Origin: Candidatus Poseidoniales archaeon
GTDB taxonomy: Archaea; Thermoplasmatota; Poseidoniia; Poseidoniales; Poseidoniaceae
NCBI GenBank assembly: GCA_038150305.1
Contig: JAYOTG010000009.1
Span: forward strand, 8,479-72,478
Reading direction: 5' to 3'
DNA: 64,000 bases
The notes under the pieces were generated by a model. That model did no database searches, was not told the origin of the DNA, and was given only the letters and a program-made list of their open reading frames with translations. The stretch's first letter is position 1; the number at the start of each line of letters is the position of its first letter. The position numbers and the translations under genes are program-made. Positions 9,506-18,197 of this stretch are shown here, piece by piece.

Positions 9506-9841
9506 GAACTCCCCGGGGTTCCATTCGTCCATGGGGGGGACGGAATCCCACCATCGCGTTTCTGCGACGTGGGCGTCATCGACCGCTTCCTCGCTCTGGT
9601 CAAGGCGCATCAGGGCGACCCATCCTTCGTCGTAGTAGGTCGTGTTCCACGCAAGCACCGTTCCGCGACGGCCGGTCTCCTCGAGCAGTTCGCGGTGCAT
9701 CGCCTCTTCCGGGCTCTCACCCGCTTCGACCCGACCACCGGGAAACTCCCATCCTCGCTCAGGATGTCGGACGAGCAAGAGTCGGCCTCCCTCGCCAAGG
9801 GGCAACAAGGGGTCGCCCTCCTCGACGGCCCACGCCAGCAC
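9449..9841 (-). CDS. Nudix hydrolase
   Basis: Perfect Nudix box: GGRVEAGESPEEAMHRELLEETG (Gx5Ex7REUxEExGU). Confidence 0.8.
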   Translation of the reverse strand: MLAWAVEEGDPLLPLGEGGRLLLVRHPERGWEFPGGRVEAGESPEEAMHRELLEETGRRGTVLAWNTTYYDEGWVALMRLDQSEEAVDDAHVAETRWWDSVPPMDEWNPGEFSDLGQWVKRVHRELGHPL

Positions 9842-9849
9842 GAACCGTG

Positions 9850-10863
9850 TCAGAGTCCATCCCCCATACCGGTCCGGGCACGCTCAAGGAGGTCAGAGGC
9901 CCACGGCTCTCCGCTGGCCAGAGCTCGTCGTGCGAGGAAGAAGGCCTCGGCGTGTTCGCCCCTGTTCAAGAGGGACTCGATCTTGACCATTTGCGGGTCG
10001 CGCTCATCGATCTCCTCCTCGGTTTCCACGACAACAGGAGCCTCCACCGGCGGCGCAATTCGGGTGCGCAGGTCCACCATCGCCGAGAGGAAGCGCTGCC
10101 GCGTGTCCACGTCGGGCGGTGACCACGGTTGCTGCGATGCGCCGTCAAGGCCCGCGTTCAGGCGTGCTTGGAACCGGTCCCGCACGTCCATGTGCGGGCG
10201 CAAGGTTTGGACGTGGTCGTAGCACAGCCAAGCCTCGTCGTACCGCTCACGGCGCTCATGCAGGCGACCAAGATCCAGCCACAACTCGTGGTTTTGCGGA
10301 CGGTGCGCCAAAAGATGGGTCGAGAGGTCAACGAAGAGGTCCTCGTCTTTCGCGCGAAGACGGATGAGGCGTCGGGCGAAAATCACGGAAGCGCGGGCGT
10401 CCGTGAAGTCGAGCGTACGGCAGCGTGTCGCGAAGTCCGACAGGGCTGCATCGGCGTCCTCGCTTTCGTTCAAGCGAGACCACCATGCGTCGGCATCGAG
10501 CGGGTCCTGCAAGATGGCGGCTTCCAGCAATTCTGCCGCGATCGGCAGCAGGGCCACGCCACGAAGTTGAGCGGCACGTTCGGGGTCACGGCCCAACACC
10601 GTGAACAGGTCCTCGAGCACGGCGTGGACGCCGGCTTCGTCGTTCACGCGTTGCTTGAGGTCGACCAGCAGCCGCCATGCGTCGGCCTGCGTGAAATCAT
10701 AGAGCAGGGCCTGTCGAGCATGTTGCTCTGCCCAGTCCACGTTTCCTGAGGCGCGTTCCGGGTCTCGGTCTGCCAACTTCAGAAATTTCCGAGCTTGCGC
10801 AAGGTGGCGGTCGCCAAGGTGGCGGCGCGGATGTTGCAGGCGGTCCTCAAGATCGTCCGCCAT
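9850..10863 (-). CDS. Hypothetical TPR-like repeat protein
   Basis: Helical repeats with W/Y-L-G-A spacing (ADAWRLLVDL, HELWLDLGRLHERRERYDEAWLCYDHV). Sandwiched 8-9 nt from the UbiD-like and Nudix genes. Confidence 0.55.
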   Translation of the reverse strand: MADDLEDRLQHPRRHLGDRHLAQARKFLKLADRDPERASGNVDWAEQHARQALLYDFTQADAWRLLVDLKQRVNDEAGVHAVLEDLFTVLGRDPERAAQLRGVALLPIAAELLEAAILQDPLDADAWWSRLNESEDADAALSDFATRCRTLDFTDARASVIFARRLIRLRAKDEDLFVDLSTHLLAHRPQNHELWLDLGRLHERRERYDEAWLCYDHVQTLRPHMDVRDRFQARLNAGLDGASQQPWSPPDVDTRQRFLSAMVDLRTRIAPPVEAPVVVETEEEIDERDPQMVKIESLLNRGEHAEAFFLARRALASGEPWASDLLERARTGMGDGL

Positions 10864-10872
10864 GACGGCACC

Positions 10873-12150
10873 TCAGGGTCGTTGCACCGTCGAAAAGGCG
10901 TCACGGTCCGCACCCCAAGGGATGGTGGCGTCGAATCCGACCTTGGACGTCCGACCGTCGCTGTACCGCGACGGGTCGAGGGAGGAGCCGCGCTGATCCT
11001 TCAGGATGATGGTGTCGCGGTCCGGCTGCCATCGCGTCATCATCGCCCACTCGACGGAGGTCGGGTCGGTGATGTCGATGTCCTCGTCCACCACGGTCAC
11101 GGATTTCATCGAGGGATGGCCTCGGAAGGCCGCCTCAATCGTCTTGGCCGGGTCGTCCTCGTGTTCGCGTCGAATCTTCACCACGCTGGCCAGCCAGCCG
11201 CATCCTCCATCCGACATGTGGACGTCAAGGCAGGTGACCACTTGGCTCACGGCGGCCTTGATCGTGGGCGCGCGGGGCAGGCCCATCAGCGTCTTGTGTT
11301 CGGCCTCACCGGGGATGAGGGCGTGGAAAATGGGGTTGTGCCGATGGCTGACGCCCTCGACGTGGATGACCGGTTCTTGACGCACGTCGTCCACGGTTCC
11401 GGTGATGTCCACGTAGGGGCCCTCGTCGTCGTCGTCTTGGGTGATGCGTCCCCACATCACGTACTCCGCATCGGCAGGGACGACCACGCCGTTCGGCGCG
11501 GTCGTGGTGCGAAGCGGGGTTCCATAGAGGCGCTCGTGAAGCGCCGCAGCGACGGTCATTTCGTCGAGGAATTCTGCGAAGGTCGAGGCCGCGGCGAGCA
11601 GCACCACCGGGTCGGGGGCGTTGACGATGGCGATGTTCACGTCTCGCCCTTCGGCCCGGGCCTCGTCAACGATCGTGCGCAGGTGGCGAGGGACAAGGCG
11701 CACCACGAGGTGTTCGTCGTCCCTCAGCAACTGGCGGTGGAAGCTGATGTTGCGCCGCTTTCCGTCGTCGGCGACGATCACGGAGGCCGACATGTAGCGT
11801 CCAGCGTCCTCGGGCCAGTGGTGCGGGATGGGCAGGGTGCTGAGTTCCGGCGCTTCGCGGCGAACCTGGAACACTTCGGCTTCGTCCTCGGGGACCATGA
11901 CGGGATCCTGTGGGTTGGCCATGGCCCAGCCGAGGGTGTCGATGTACGCGCCCGGCTCGATGCCAATGGCTTCGCACAGACGGTCACGGGTCAGCATGTT
12001 GACCGCAGCCCGGTGGCCCGGAGCCTCTTCGAGGGACTCGAACACCGCCATGGCGCCAGCGTTGGCGTAGGACCAGCGCCAAAGGCCGTGGACGAGGCTG
12101 ACGGGTTCGGTTACCGTGGTGGCCGCACCGAGGTGGTCCCTGAACGCCAT
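10873..12150 (-). CDS. UbiD-family (prFMN-dependent) decarboxylase; candidate anhydromevalonate-phosphate decarboxylase
   Basis: UbiD-like sequence throughout (PIPHHWPEDAGRY, ISFHRQLL, RLVPRHL, GPYVDITG, NPIFHALIPG, EH-TLMGLPR, GGCGWL). Short archaeal-type length of 425 aa. The specific function is inferred from neighbouring isoprenoid genes. Confidence 0.75.
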   Translation of the reverse strand: MAFRDHLGAATTVTEPVSLVHGLWRWSYANAGAMAVFESLEEAPGHRAAVNMLTRDRLCEAIGIEPGAYIDTLGWAMANPQDPVMVPEDEAEVFQVRREAPELSTLPIPHHWPEDAGRYMSASVIVADDGKRRNISFHRQLLRDDEHLVVRLVPRHLRTIVDEARAEGRDVNIAIVNAPDPVVLLAAASTFAEFLDEMTVAAALHERLYGTPLRTTTAPNGVVVPADAEYVMWGRITQDDDDEGPYVDITGTVDDVRQEPVIHVEGVSHRHNPIFHALIPGEAEHKTLMGLPRAPTIKAAVSQVVTCLDVHMSDGGCGWLASVVKIRREHEDDPAKTIEAAFRGHPSMKSVTVVDEDIDITDPTSVEWAMMTRWQPDRDTIILKDQRGSSLDPSRYSDGRTSKVGFDATIPWGADRDAFSTVQRP

Positions 12151-12218
12151 GTGACCCCCTTAAGGCGGCAAGGCTTCAACGTCACGGATGAATGAGGGCT
12201 CAACACGCCCATCGTGGC

Positions 12219-12228
12219 TTTCATATAG
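12219..12228 (+). promoter_or_regulatory. TATA-like box upstream of the S12-S7 operon
   Basis: TTTCATATAG lies about 40-50 nt upstream of the S12 GTG start. A GAGGTGA Shine-Dalgarno at 12257-12263 sits 4 nt before the start. Confidence 0.4.
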
Positions 12229-12267
12229 GGGGCGACGGTGGGCGACGTGCTTCGATGAGGTGATGAT

Positions 12268-12696
12268 GTGGGTCGGGGACTCTTTGCAGGCTCAAAGATG
12301 GCCAAGGATCGCCAGAAGTTTCGGTGGTCTGACCGCCGCTACAAGAAGCGCATGCTGAAGACGCGCGAGCGTCACGACCCGCTCGGTGGGTCGACCCAGG
12401 CCAAGGGCATCGTGGTCGAGAAGGTCGGCATCGAAGCCAAGCAGCCCAACAGTGGCATCCGCAAGGCCGTGAAGATCTCCCTCATCAAGAACGGCAACAA
12501 GCTCACCGCCTTCGCTCCCGGCGACGGCGCCATCAACTTCATCGACGAGCACGATGAGGTCATGGTCGAAGGTATCGGTGGACGCATGGGTCGTTCGTAC
12601 GGTGACATTCCCGGTGTCCGCTACAAGGTCATCCAAGTCAACGGCGTCTCGCTTGACGAGATGGTCCGGGGTCGAAAGGAGAAGCCAGTTCGCTGA
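12268..12696 (+). CDS. rps12: Ribosomal protein S12 (uS12)
   Basis: [28 protein letters not shown] and [10 protein letters not shown] motifs. The GTG start is supported by the conserved G-FAG-K N-terminus. Confidence 0.95.
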   Translation: MGRGLFAGSKMAKDRQKFRWSDRRYKKRMLKTRERHDPLGGSTQAKGIVVEKVGIEAKQPNSGIRKAVKISLIKNGNKLTAFAPGDGAINFIDEHDEVMVEGIGGRMGRSYGDIPGVRYKVIQVNGVSLDEMVRGRKEKPVR

Positions 12697-12705
12697 GGTG
12701 ATTCC

Positions 12706-13314
12706 ATGAGCGAAGAAGTCGTTGAGGAAGAAGTCCGCCCCATCGCCGGCATCGGCACGAAAGTGTTCGGCAAGTGGGATGCAAGCGAAGTGACGTGCCG
12801 AGACCCCGGTCTCGCGCCCTACGTCAACCTCACCACCGTGGGCGTTCCCCACACCGGTGGTCGCCACGCCAACGCGTGGTTCGGCAAGTCCAAACTCAGC
12901 GTGGTCGAGCGCTACGTGAATAAGCTCATGCGCACCGGAAAGTACACCGGGAAGAAGCAAGGCGCCATGAAGGCCTTTGAGGAAGCCCTCGACACCATGG
13001 CCGAGCGCTCGGGCGACAACCCGCTCCAACTCTTCGTTGACGCCATCTGCTACGCGGCGCCAATGGAGGAAATCACCCGGATCAAGTTCGGTGCCGTCTC
13101 CCAGCCCAAGGCCGTGGACGCATCGCCCTCCCGTCGCCTCGACATCGCTTTGCGCAACCTCGCTGCAGGCGCCGCCTCTGGCACCCGCAAGTCCAAGCGC
13201 ACCCTCAAGCAGTGCATCGTCAACGAATTGACGAAGGCGAGCACGGGTGACGTGACGGCCTTCGCCGTCGCCAAGAAGGAAGAAGTCGAGCGCATCGCTG
13301 CCTCGGCTCGGTGA
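12706..13314 (+). CDS. rps7: Ribosomal protein S7 (uS7)
   Basis: Follows S12. A GAGGTGAT Shine-Dalgarno precedes the ATG. The KVFGKWD start and C-terminal KKEEVERIA-SAR are typical of archaeal S7. Confidence 0.95.
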   Translation: MSEEVVEEEVRPIAGIGTKVFGKWDASEVTCRDPGLAPYVNLTTVGVPHTGGRHANAWFGKSKLSVVERYVNKLMRTGKYTGKKQGAMKAFEEALDTMAERSGDNPLQLFVDAICYAAPMEEITRIKFGAVSQPKAVDASPSRRLDIALRNLAAGAASGTRKSKRTLKQCIVNELTKASTGDVTAFAVAKKEEVERIAASAR

Positions 13315-13318
13315 GCCT

Positions 13319-13660
13319 TTGGATGCATTGCAGCGCTCCTTTGTGGGCGTGCTGTTCATTCAAGCGGTGGACGTGTCCATTCACCTCGCTTCTGGCCAGG
13401 TCGAATCCCTTCGCATCTCGGCCAGCGTCATGCTGTTGATCGGCTCCTGGATGATCCTCGCTTCACCCGGAGGTGCCAAGGGCGTCGGCATCGCCAATGG
13501 CTTTGCTTTTCTGGTGTTGAACGGTGTGTTCCTGTCCGTTTCTGGCGTGTCGAATCCGGAGACGGGGACCCTCCGCACCCCACTTTTCGTGCTCGTCACC
13601 TTCTCGATCATGGCGTTCGCGTATCACGTCAGGTTGGCTCACACCTCCGACCGGGATTGA
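13319..13660 (+). CDS. Hypothetical small membrane protein (about 4 TM) inserted between S7 and EF-2
   Basis: TTG start 4 nt after the S7 stop. Third-position G/C bias matches its neighbours. Strongly hydrophobic helices. No family recognised. Confidence 0.4.
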   Translation: MDALQRSFVGVLFIQAVDVSIHLASGQVESLRISASVMLLIGSWMILASPGGAKGVGIANGFAFLVLNGVFLSVSGVSNPETGTLRTPLFVLVTFSIMAFAYHVRLAHTSDRD

Positions 13661-13771
13661 GGCCCTTTTGAGACGCCATCTTTCGCTTCCAGCGATGCCT
13701 TTCCGGCAGGTCCGCAGCGCGGCACTTAAGAACCCGGTTCAGGTGGCCCGAATCACCGCAAGGTGGTCGCT

Positions 13772-15979
13772 ATGGGACGTAAAGAAGACAACATCAAGAA
13801 GGCCACAGAGGTCATGCACGATCTCCCTCAGATCCGCAACCTCTGCATCGCCGCTCACATCGACCACGGAAAGACCACGCTCTCGGACAACCTCATCGCC
13901 GGTGCCGGCATGATGTCCTCCGACCTTGCCGGTGCGGCTCGCGTGCTCGATTTTGACGAGCAGGAGTCCGCTCGTGGCATCACCATCAACGCCGCAAGCG
14001 CATCGATGGTGCACACCTACGAGAGCACGGATTTCCTGATCAACCTCATCGACACCCCCGGCCACGTCGACTTCGGTGGCGACGTGACCCGTGCCATGCG
14101 TGCGGTTGACGGCTGTTTCATCCTCGCCTGTGCGGTCGAGGGCCCCATGCCTCAGACCGAGACCGTGGTGCGCCAGGCCCTCAAGGAGAAGGTCAAGCCG
14201 GTGCTGTTCATCAACAAGGTCGACCGCCTGATCAACGAACTTCAGGTGACCCCTGAGGACATGATGGCGCGCTTCCAAGAGACCATCAAGAAGGTCAACA
14301 AGCTCATCCGCCAGTTCGCTCCCGAGGAGTTCAGGAAGTCCTGGCAGGTGGACGTCGGGGCAGGTACCGTGGCCTTTGGCTCCGCATACCACAACTGGGG
14401 CATCACCGTCCCCTACATGCAGAAGTCCGGCATCTCGTTCAAGGAGATCTTCGAATATTGCAACAACGAGGACCAAAAGACCCTGGCTCAGAAGGCTCCC
14501 GTCCACGAGGTTCTGCTCGACATGGCCGTCGCTGAATTGCCCAGCCCCGTTCAGGCTCAGCCCTACCGTATCCCCAACATCTGGAACGGTGACGCGGATT
14601 CCGCCATCGGCAAGGCCATGGTCGCGTGCGATCCTGAAGCCGAACTCGCCATGATGATCACCAAGATTTGGATGGACCCTCACGCGGGTGAGGTGGCCGT
14701 GGGCCGCATCTACTCCGGTGCCATCAACCAAGGTGAATCCGTGTACGCCATCGGCGCCGCCAAGCCAGAGCGTGTCCAGCAGGTCGCCATGATGGTCGGT
14801 GCAGACCGCATCACGGTCCCCAAGGTCGTGGCCGGCAACATCGCCGCCATCACGGGCATCAAGTCCGCCGCGGCCGGTGTGACCCTGTCCCGTGACAAGG
14901 ATTTCACGCCCTTCGAAGCCATCCGTCACTACTCCGACCCTGTGGTCACCGTGGCCGTTGAGCCGAAGTCCATGAAGGACCTCCCCAAGTTCATCGACGC
15001 GCTGCGCTCCTTGGCCAAGGCCGACGCCTCGCTCCAGGTGACCACCAACCAGGAGACCGGTGAAGCGCTGCTCGCCGGCATGGGTGAACTTCACCTTGAG
15101 ATTACGGTGTACCGCATTGAGGAAGAACAGAACATCAAGGTCCAGGTCAGCCCACCTATCGTGGTCTACCGAGAAGGCCTCGAGTCCAACAACAAGGGTC
15201 AGGCCTTCGAAGGCAAGTCCCCCAACCGCCACAACCGCTTCTTCATCGAGGTTGAGCCGCTTTCCCCGGAGGTCGTTGACGCGCTCCGCGACGGTCATTT
15301 CGGTGACGGCACCGTGCGTGACAAGGACTCCAAGGCCACGGGCGACAAATTCGCTGAGTTTGGCATGAACAAGGACCTGATGCGCAAGATCTACGCCATC
15401 AACGGCACCAACGTGTTGGTCAACGACACCAAGGGTATCCAGGGCCTCCACGAGACCCGTGAACTCATCATCGAGGCCTTCAACGAAGTGTGCAAGAAGG
15501 GACCCGTTGCGGAAGAGCCCGTGACCGGCATGATGGTTCGTGTCGTGGACGCCAAGCTCCACGAGGACGCCATCCACCGCGGTCCTGCGCAGACCATCCC
15601 CGCCGTCCGAAACGGCATCAAGGGTGCCATGCTCCGCGGCCGTACCGTCATCATGGAGCCCATGCAGAAGGCCTTCGTTTCGGTCCCCAACGACTGGCTC
15701 GGTCAGGTTACCCGTGAGGTCACCAACCGCCGTGGAATCATCGAAGACATGCCAAGCGAGGGTGAAGTGACCACCGTGGTCGGTGTCCTTCCCATCGCCG
15801 AAACCTTCGGTTTCTCCAACGACATCCGCGCCGCTTCCCAAGGTCGCGCGGTCTGGAACACCGAGAACCTCGGATTCGAGAAGCTCCCCGAGCACCTCTT
15901 CGACAAGGTCGTCGGCGACATCCGCACGCGCAAGGGCCTCAAGCCCGAGCCCTACGGTGAAGCCTACTACGCCGAGTGA
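13772..15979 (+). CDS. fusA: Translation elongation factor aEF-2
   Basis: AHIDHGKTTLSD, DTPGHVDF and NKVDR GTPase motifs. Diphthamide-site context HEDAIHRGPAQ. An AGGTGG Shine-Dalgarno lies 5 nt before the ATG. Confidence 0.95.
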   Translation: MGRKEDNIKKATEVMHDLPQIRNLCIAAHIDHGKTTLSDNLIAGAGMMSSDLAGAARVLDFDEQESARGITINAASASMVHTYESTDFLINLIDTPGHVDFGGDVTRAMRAVDGCFILACAVEGPMPQTETVVRQALKEKVKPVLFINKVDRLINELQVTPEDMMARFQETIKKVNKLIRQFAPEEFRKSWQVDVGAGTVAFGSAYHNWGITVPYMQKSGISFKEIFEYCNNEDQKTLAQKAPVHEVLLDMAVAELPSPVQAQPYRIPNIWNGDADSAIGKAMVACDPEAELAMMITKIWMDPHAGEVAVGRIYSGAINQGESVYAIGAAKPERVQQVAMMVGADRITVPKVVAGNIAAITGIKSAAAGVTLSRDKDFTPFEAIRHYSDPVVTVAVEPKSMKDLPKFIDALRSLAKADASLQVTTNQETGEALLAGMGELHLEITVYRIEEEQNIKVQVSPPIVVYREGLESNNKGQAFEGKSPNRHNRFFIEVEPLSPEVVDALRDGHFGDGTVRDKDSKATGDKFAEFGMNKDLMRKIYAINGTNVLVNDTKGIQGLHETRELIIEAFNEVCKKGPVAEEPVTGMMVRVVDAKLHEDAIHRGPAQTIPAVRNGIKGAMLRGRTVIMEPMQKAFVSVPNDWLGQVTREVTNRRGIIEDMPSEGEVTTVVGVLPIAETFGFSNDIRAASQGRAVWNTENLGFEKLPEHLFDKVVGDIRTRKGLKPEPYGEAYYAE

Positions 15980-16476
15980 TCGCCATGGTGGCAGAAGCGA
16001 GCATCGTCTCGCTTCATGCGGCCCCCGAGGGCGGCGTGCCAAAGCCCGCAGTGCCGAGCCTCCACGTGACGCAGAACGGGTGCGTGGGCGACCGTCAGCG
16101 CGACCTCAAGCATCACGGCGGTCCCACGCGCGCGCTCTGCATTTGGAGCCGCGAGGTCCTTCATGCGCTTCGTGACGAAGGCCACCCGGTACGACCGGGT
16201 GACGTGGGAGAGAACGTGCTTGTGCAGGGCTTGCCCTTTTCCGAACTCGCTGCAGGGGACGTGCTCGAACTGGGTGCCGTCCACGCTCGCTTGACTGGAC
16301 CTGCTCCACCGTGCCGCACCATCGCCGCAGCCTTCACGTCAGGCACCTTCCGCAGCATTGACGCAAAACGGCACCCCGATCGGACGCGATGGTACGCAGA
16401 AATCGTGGTCGAGGGTGAGCTTCACCCAGGCGACGCCGTGGTGCTCACGAAAGCCGAGCCAGCTGGAGATCCGTGA
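15976..16476 (+). CDS. MOSC domain-containing protein
   Basis: GD-QRDLKHHGG, GENVLVQG, GDVLELG and PPCRTI (conserved Cys) motifs. GTGA overlap with the EF-2 stop. Confidence 0.7.
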   Translation: MIAMVAEASIVSLHAAPEGGVPKPAVPSLHVTQNGCVGDRQRDLKHHGGPTRALCIWSREVLHALRDEGHPVRPGDVGENVLVQGLPFSELAAGDVLELGAVHARLTGPAPPCRTIAAAFTSGTFRSIDAKRHPDRTRWYAEIVVEGELHPGDAVVLTKAEPAGDP

Positions 16477-18172
16477 ACTCACGGAGGGCCCGAAGGGCCG
16501 GGCTCGACGGTAGTCGATCGAGGCAGGCGTGTGCCGCAGCGTGATAGGACGTGGCCCGTTCCCGACCGTACGCGATGGAACCGGAGGCTTCCAGGCCCTT
16601 GTGCGCGGCTTCGATGTCTGCGGACGTGGCCTCCTCCCCCTTGCCAAGGGCCTGCAACAGGGCGTCTTTGGCAGGTCCGTCAGGCTGGTCCAGCGCGTGA
16701 ATCACCATCAGCGTCCGCTTGCCTTGGGCAACGTCTGAACCGGCTGGCTTCCCGAGCGTCGCGGTGTCGGACACCACGTCGATGAGGTCGTCCATCAACT
16801 GGAAGCACAAGCCCACGTTGAGGCCCCACTCGCGCATGCAATCGACGGTGTCCTCGTCGGCGCCCGAGAGCAAGGCGCCAAGTTCGGAACATACCTGAAA
16901 CATGACAGCAGTTTTTCCCTCGATCATTTCGATGTACCTTGGTTCCGTGACGTTGCTCTCGTGTTCGAATTCAATGTCGAGCTGCTGACCTTCCGAGACG
17001 CGACGAACCATCCAAGCGATGCGCTCGACGATGTCGGGAAGCAGGGCCATGTCGAAACCAGGTGCGTCGCACAGGTGCTCGAAGGCGATGGCCAGCATCG
17101 CGTCGCCGGCGTTGATCGCCGTGGGCATGTCATAGGCCACGTGGACCGCTGGACGCCCGCGCCGGACGGGGTCATCGTCCATGATGTCGTCATGGACGAG
17201 CGTGAAGTTGTGGATGATCTCGATGGCCGAGCCCACATCGAGCAAGCCGCTGTGGGTGTCTCCGATCGCCTTGGCCACGAGCCACGGCAAGGACGCGCGC
17301 ATGCGCTTGCCGCCTCCCTCGATTAGGTGCATCATGGCTTGACCCAAGCGCGGATGGCGGGAGGCGGTCAGACGGGATGCAATACGGGATTCGATCAGGG
17401 GCAGCACTTCCAGCACCGAGGTGCGGAGGTCCGCTCCGACTGCGCCGGGGAGCATGTGGCTGACGTCCCCGAGGTCGTGGATGTGCTCGTCGAAGAGGGC
17501 TTGGTGCTCTTCCTTGGAGGCTGCGTTCCACCATGCATCGTCCATCAGACGTGCTGCGATGCAACGGAACCACGGCGCAACGGGGTGCTCAGGGTCCTCT
17601 TCGATCAACATGGCTTCCATGTCGTCTTGACTGACCCATCGGATTTCGGCCACTTCATTGGGATTCGGTTTCACCTCGAGGTCTTTGACCCGGCCCACCA
17701 GGAGGTGGTCGACCTCGCGCTCGATCCAGGTCTCGTCTTGGCGCGCCTGGTACCGGAAACGACCGACGTAGGTCAAATCGTCCACCGACACCGATTCAAT
17801 CCCCAATTCTTGCTTCAGTTTCCGAACGGCGGCCGTTCGGACCCCCAATCCGTCTGCCTCTTCGCGTTCTTCAGGGACATCCAGGGGGTGGGAACAACAG
17901 GTGTTGGCCCAGATCCCGGGGAAGGTGATTTTGTCGTCGGCACGGCGTTGCAAAAGGAGCCTGCTGTTCTGGTCGAACAGCATCACGGAAAACGCCCGGT
18001 GATAGGCACCCGCGCCACGGTGCGCGTTGACCTTGGAGGCCCGCCCAAGCGGGCGGTCCATCTCGTCCACAAGGATGACGGCTTCAGCCATCATGTCGAC
18101 CTGCTCCGGGTCAAAACCGTCGAGTGCCTCGGCGTCGGCTTCAGCGACATCGGTCCTCATGGCGGAAGCCAT
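16445..18172 (-). CDS. Fusion protein: type-1 isopentenyl-diphosphate isomerase (N) + geranylgeranyl/polyprenyl diphosphate synthase (C)
   Basis: N-terminal half carries HRAFSVMLF, LLLQRRADDKITFPGIWANTCCSHPL, LGVRTAAVRKLKQELGI and PWFRCIA (type-1 IDI). C-terminal half carries GGKRMRA, FTLVHDDIMDDD (FARM), QLMDDLID (SARM) and GKPAGSD-GKRT. Start set at Met31 (18172) to avoid a 65-nt overlap with the IPK gene. Confidence 0.8.
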   Translation of the reverse strand: MASAMRTDVAEADAEALDGFDPEQVDMMAEAVILVDEMDRPLGRASKVNAHRGAGAYHRAFSVMLFDQNSRLLLQRRADDKITFPGIWANTCCSHPLDVPEEREEADGLGVRTAAVRKLKQELGIESVSVDDLTYVGRFRYQARQDETWIEREVDHLLVGRVKDLEVKPNPNEVAEIRWVSQDDMEAMLIEEDPEHPVAPWFRCIAARLMDDAWWNAASKEEHQALFDEHIHDLGDVSHMLPGAVGADLRTSVLEVLPLIESRIASRLTASRHPRLGQAMMHLIEGGGKRMRASLPWLVAKAIGDTHSGLLDVGSAIEIIHNFTLVHDDIMDDDPVRRGRPAVHVAYDMPTAINAGDAMLAIAFEHLCDAPGFDMALLPDIVERIAWMVRRVSEGQQLDIEFEHESNVTEPRYIEMIEGKTAVMFQVCSELGALLSGADEDTVDCMREWGLNVGLCFQLMDDLIDVVSDTATLGKPAGSDVAQGKRTLMVIHALDQPDGPAKDALLQALGKGEEATSADIEAAHKGLEASGSIAYGRERATSYHAAAHACLDRLPSSPALRALREFTDLQLARLS

Positions 18173-18197
18173 GTCGGTCGGTGTGGCCTGCGACACT

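Noticed and set aside
10795-12195. 466-aa plus-strand ORF overlapping the UbiD-like gene
   Set aside because: It is antisense to a gene with clear UbiD-family motifs. Its composition (R/G/V/H/D-rich) is typical of shadow ORFs in GC-rich DNA.
13739-16042. 767-aa ORF on the minus strand spanning the whole EF-2 gene
   Set aside because: It is exactly antisense to an unmistakable aEF-2 gene. Its translation is Gly/Val/Asp/His/Arg-rich low-complexity sequence with no recognisable motif. Stop-free antisense frames are expected opposite GC3-rich genes, so this is a shadow ORF.
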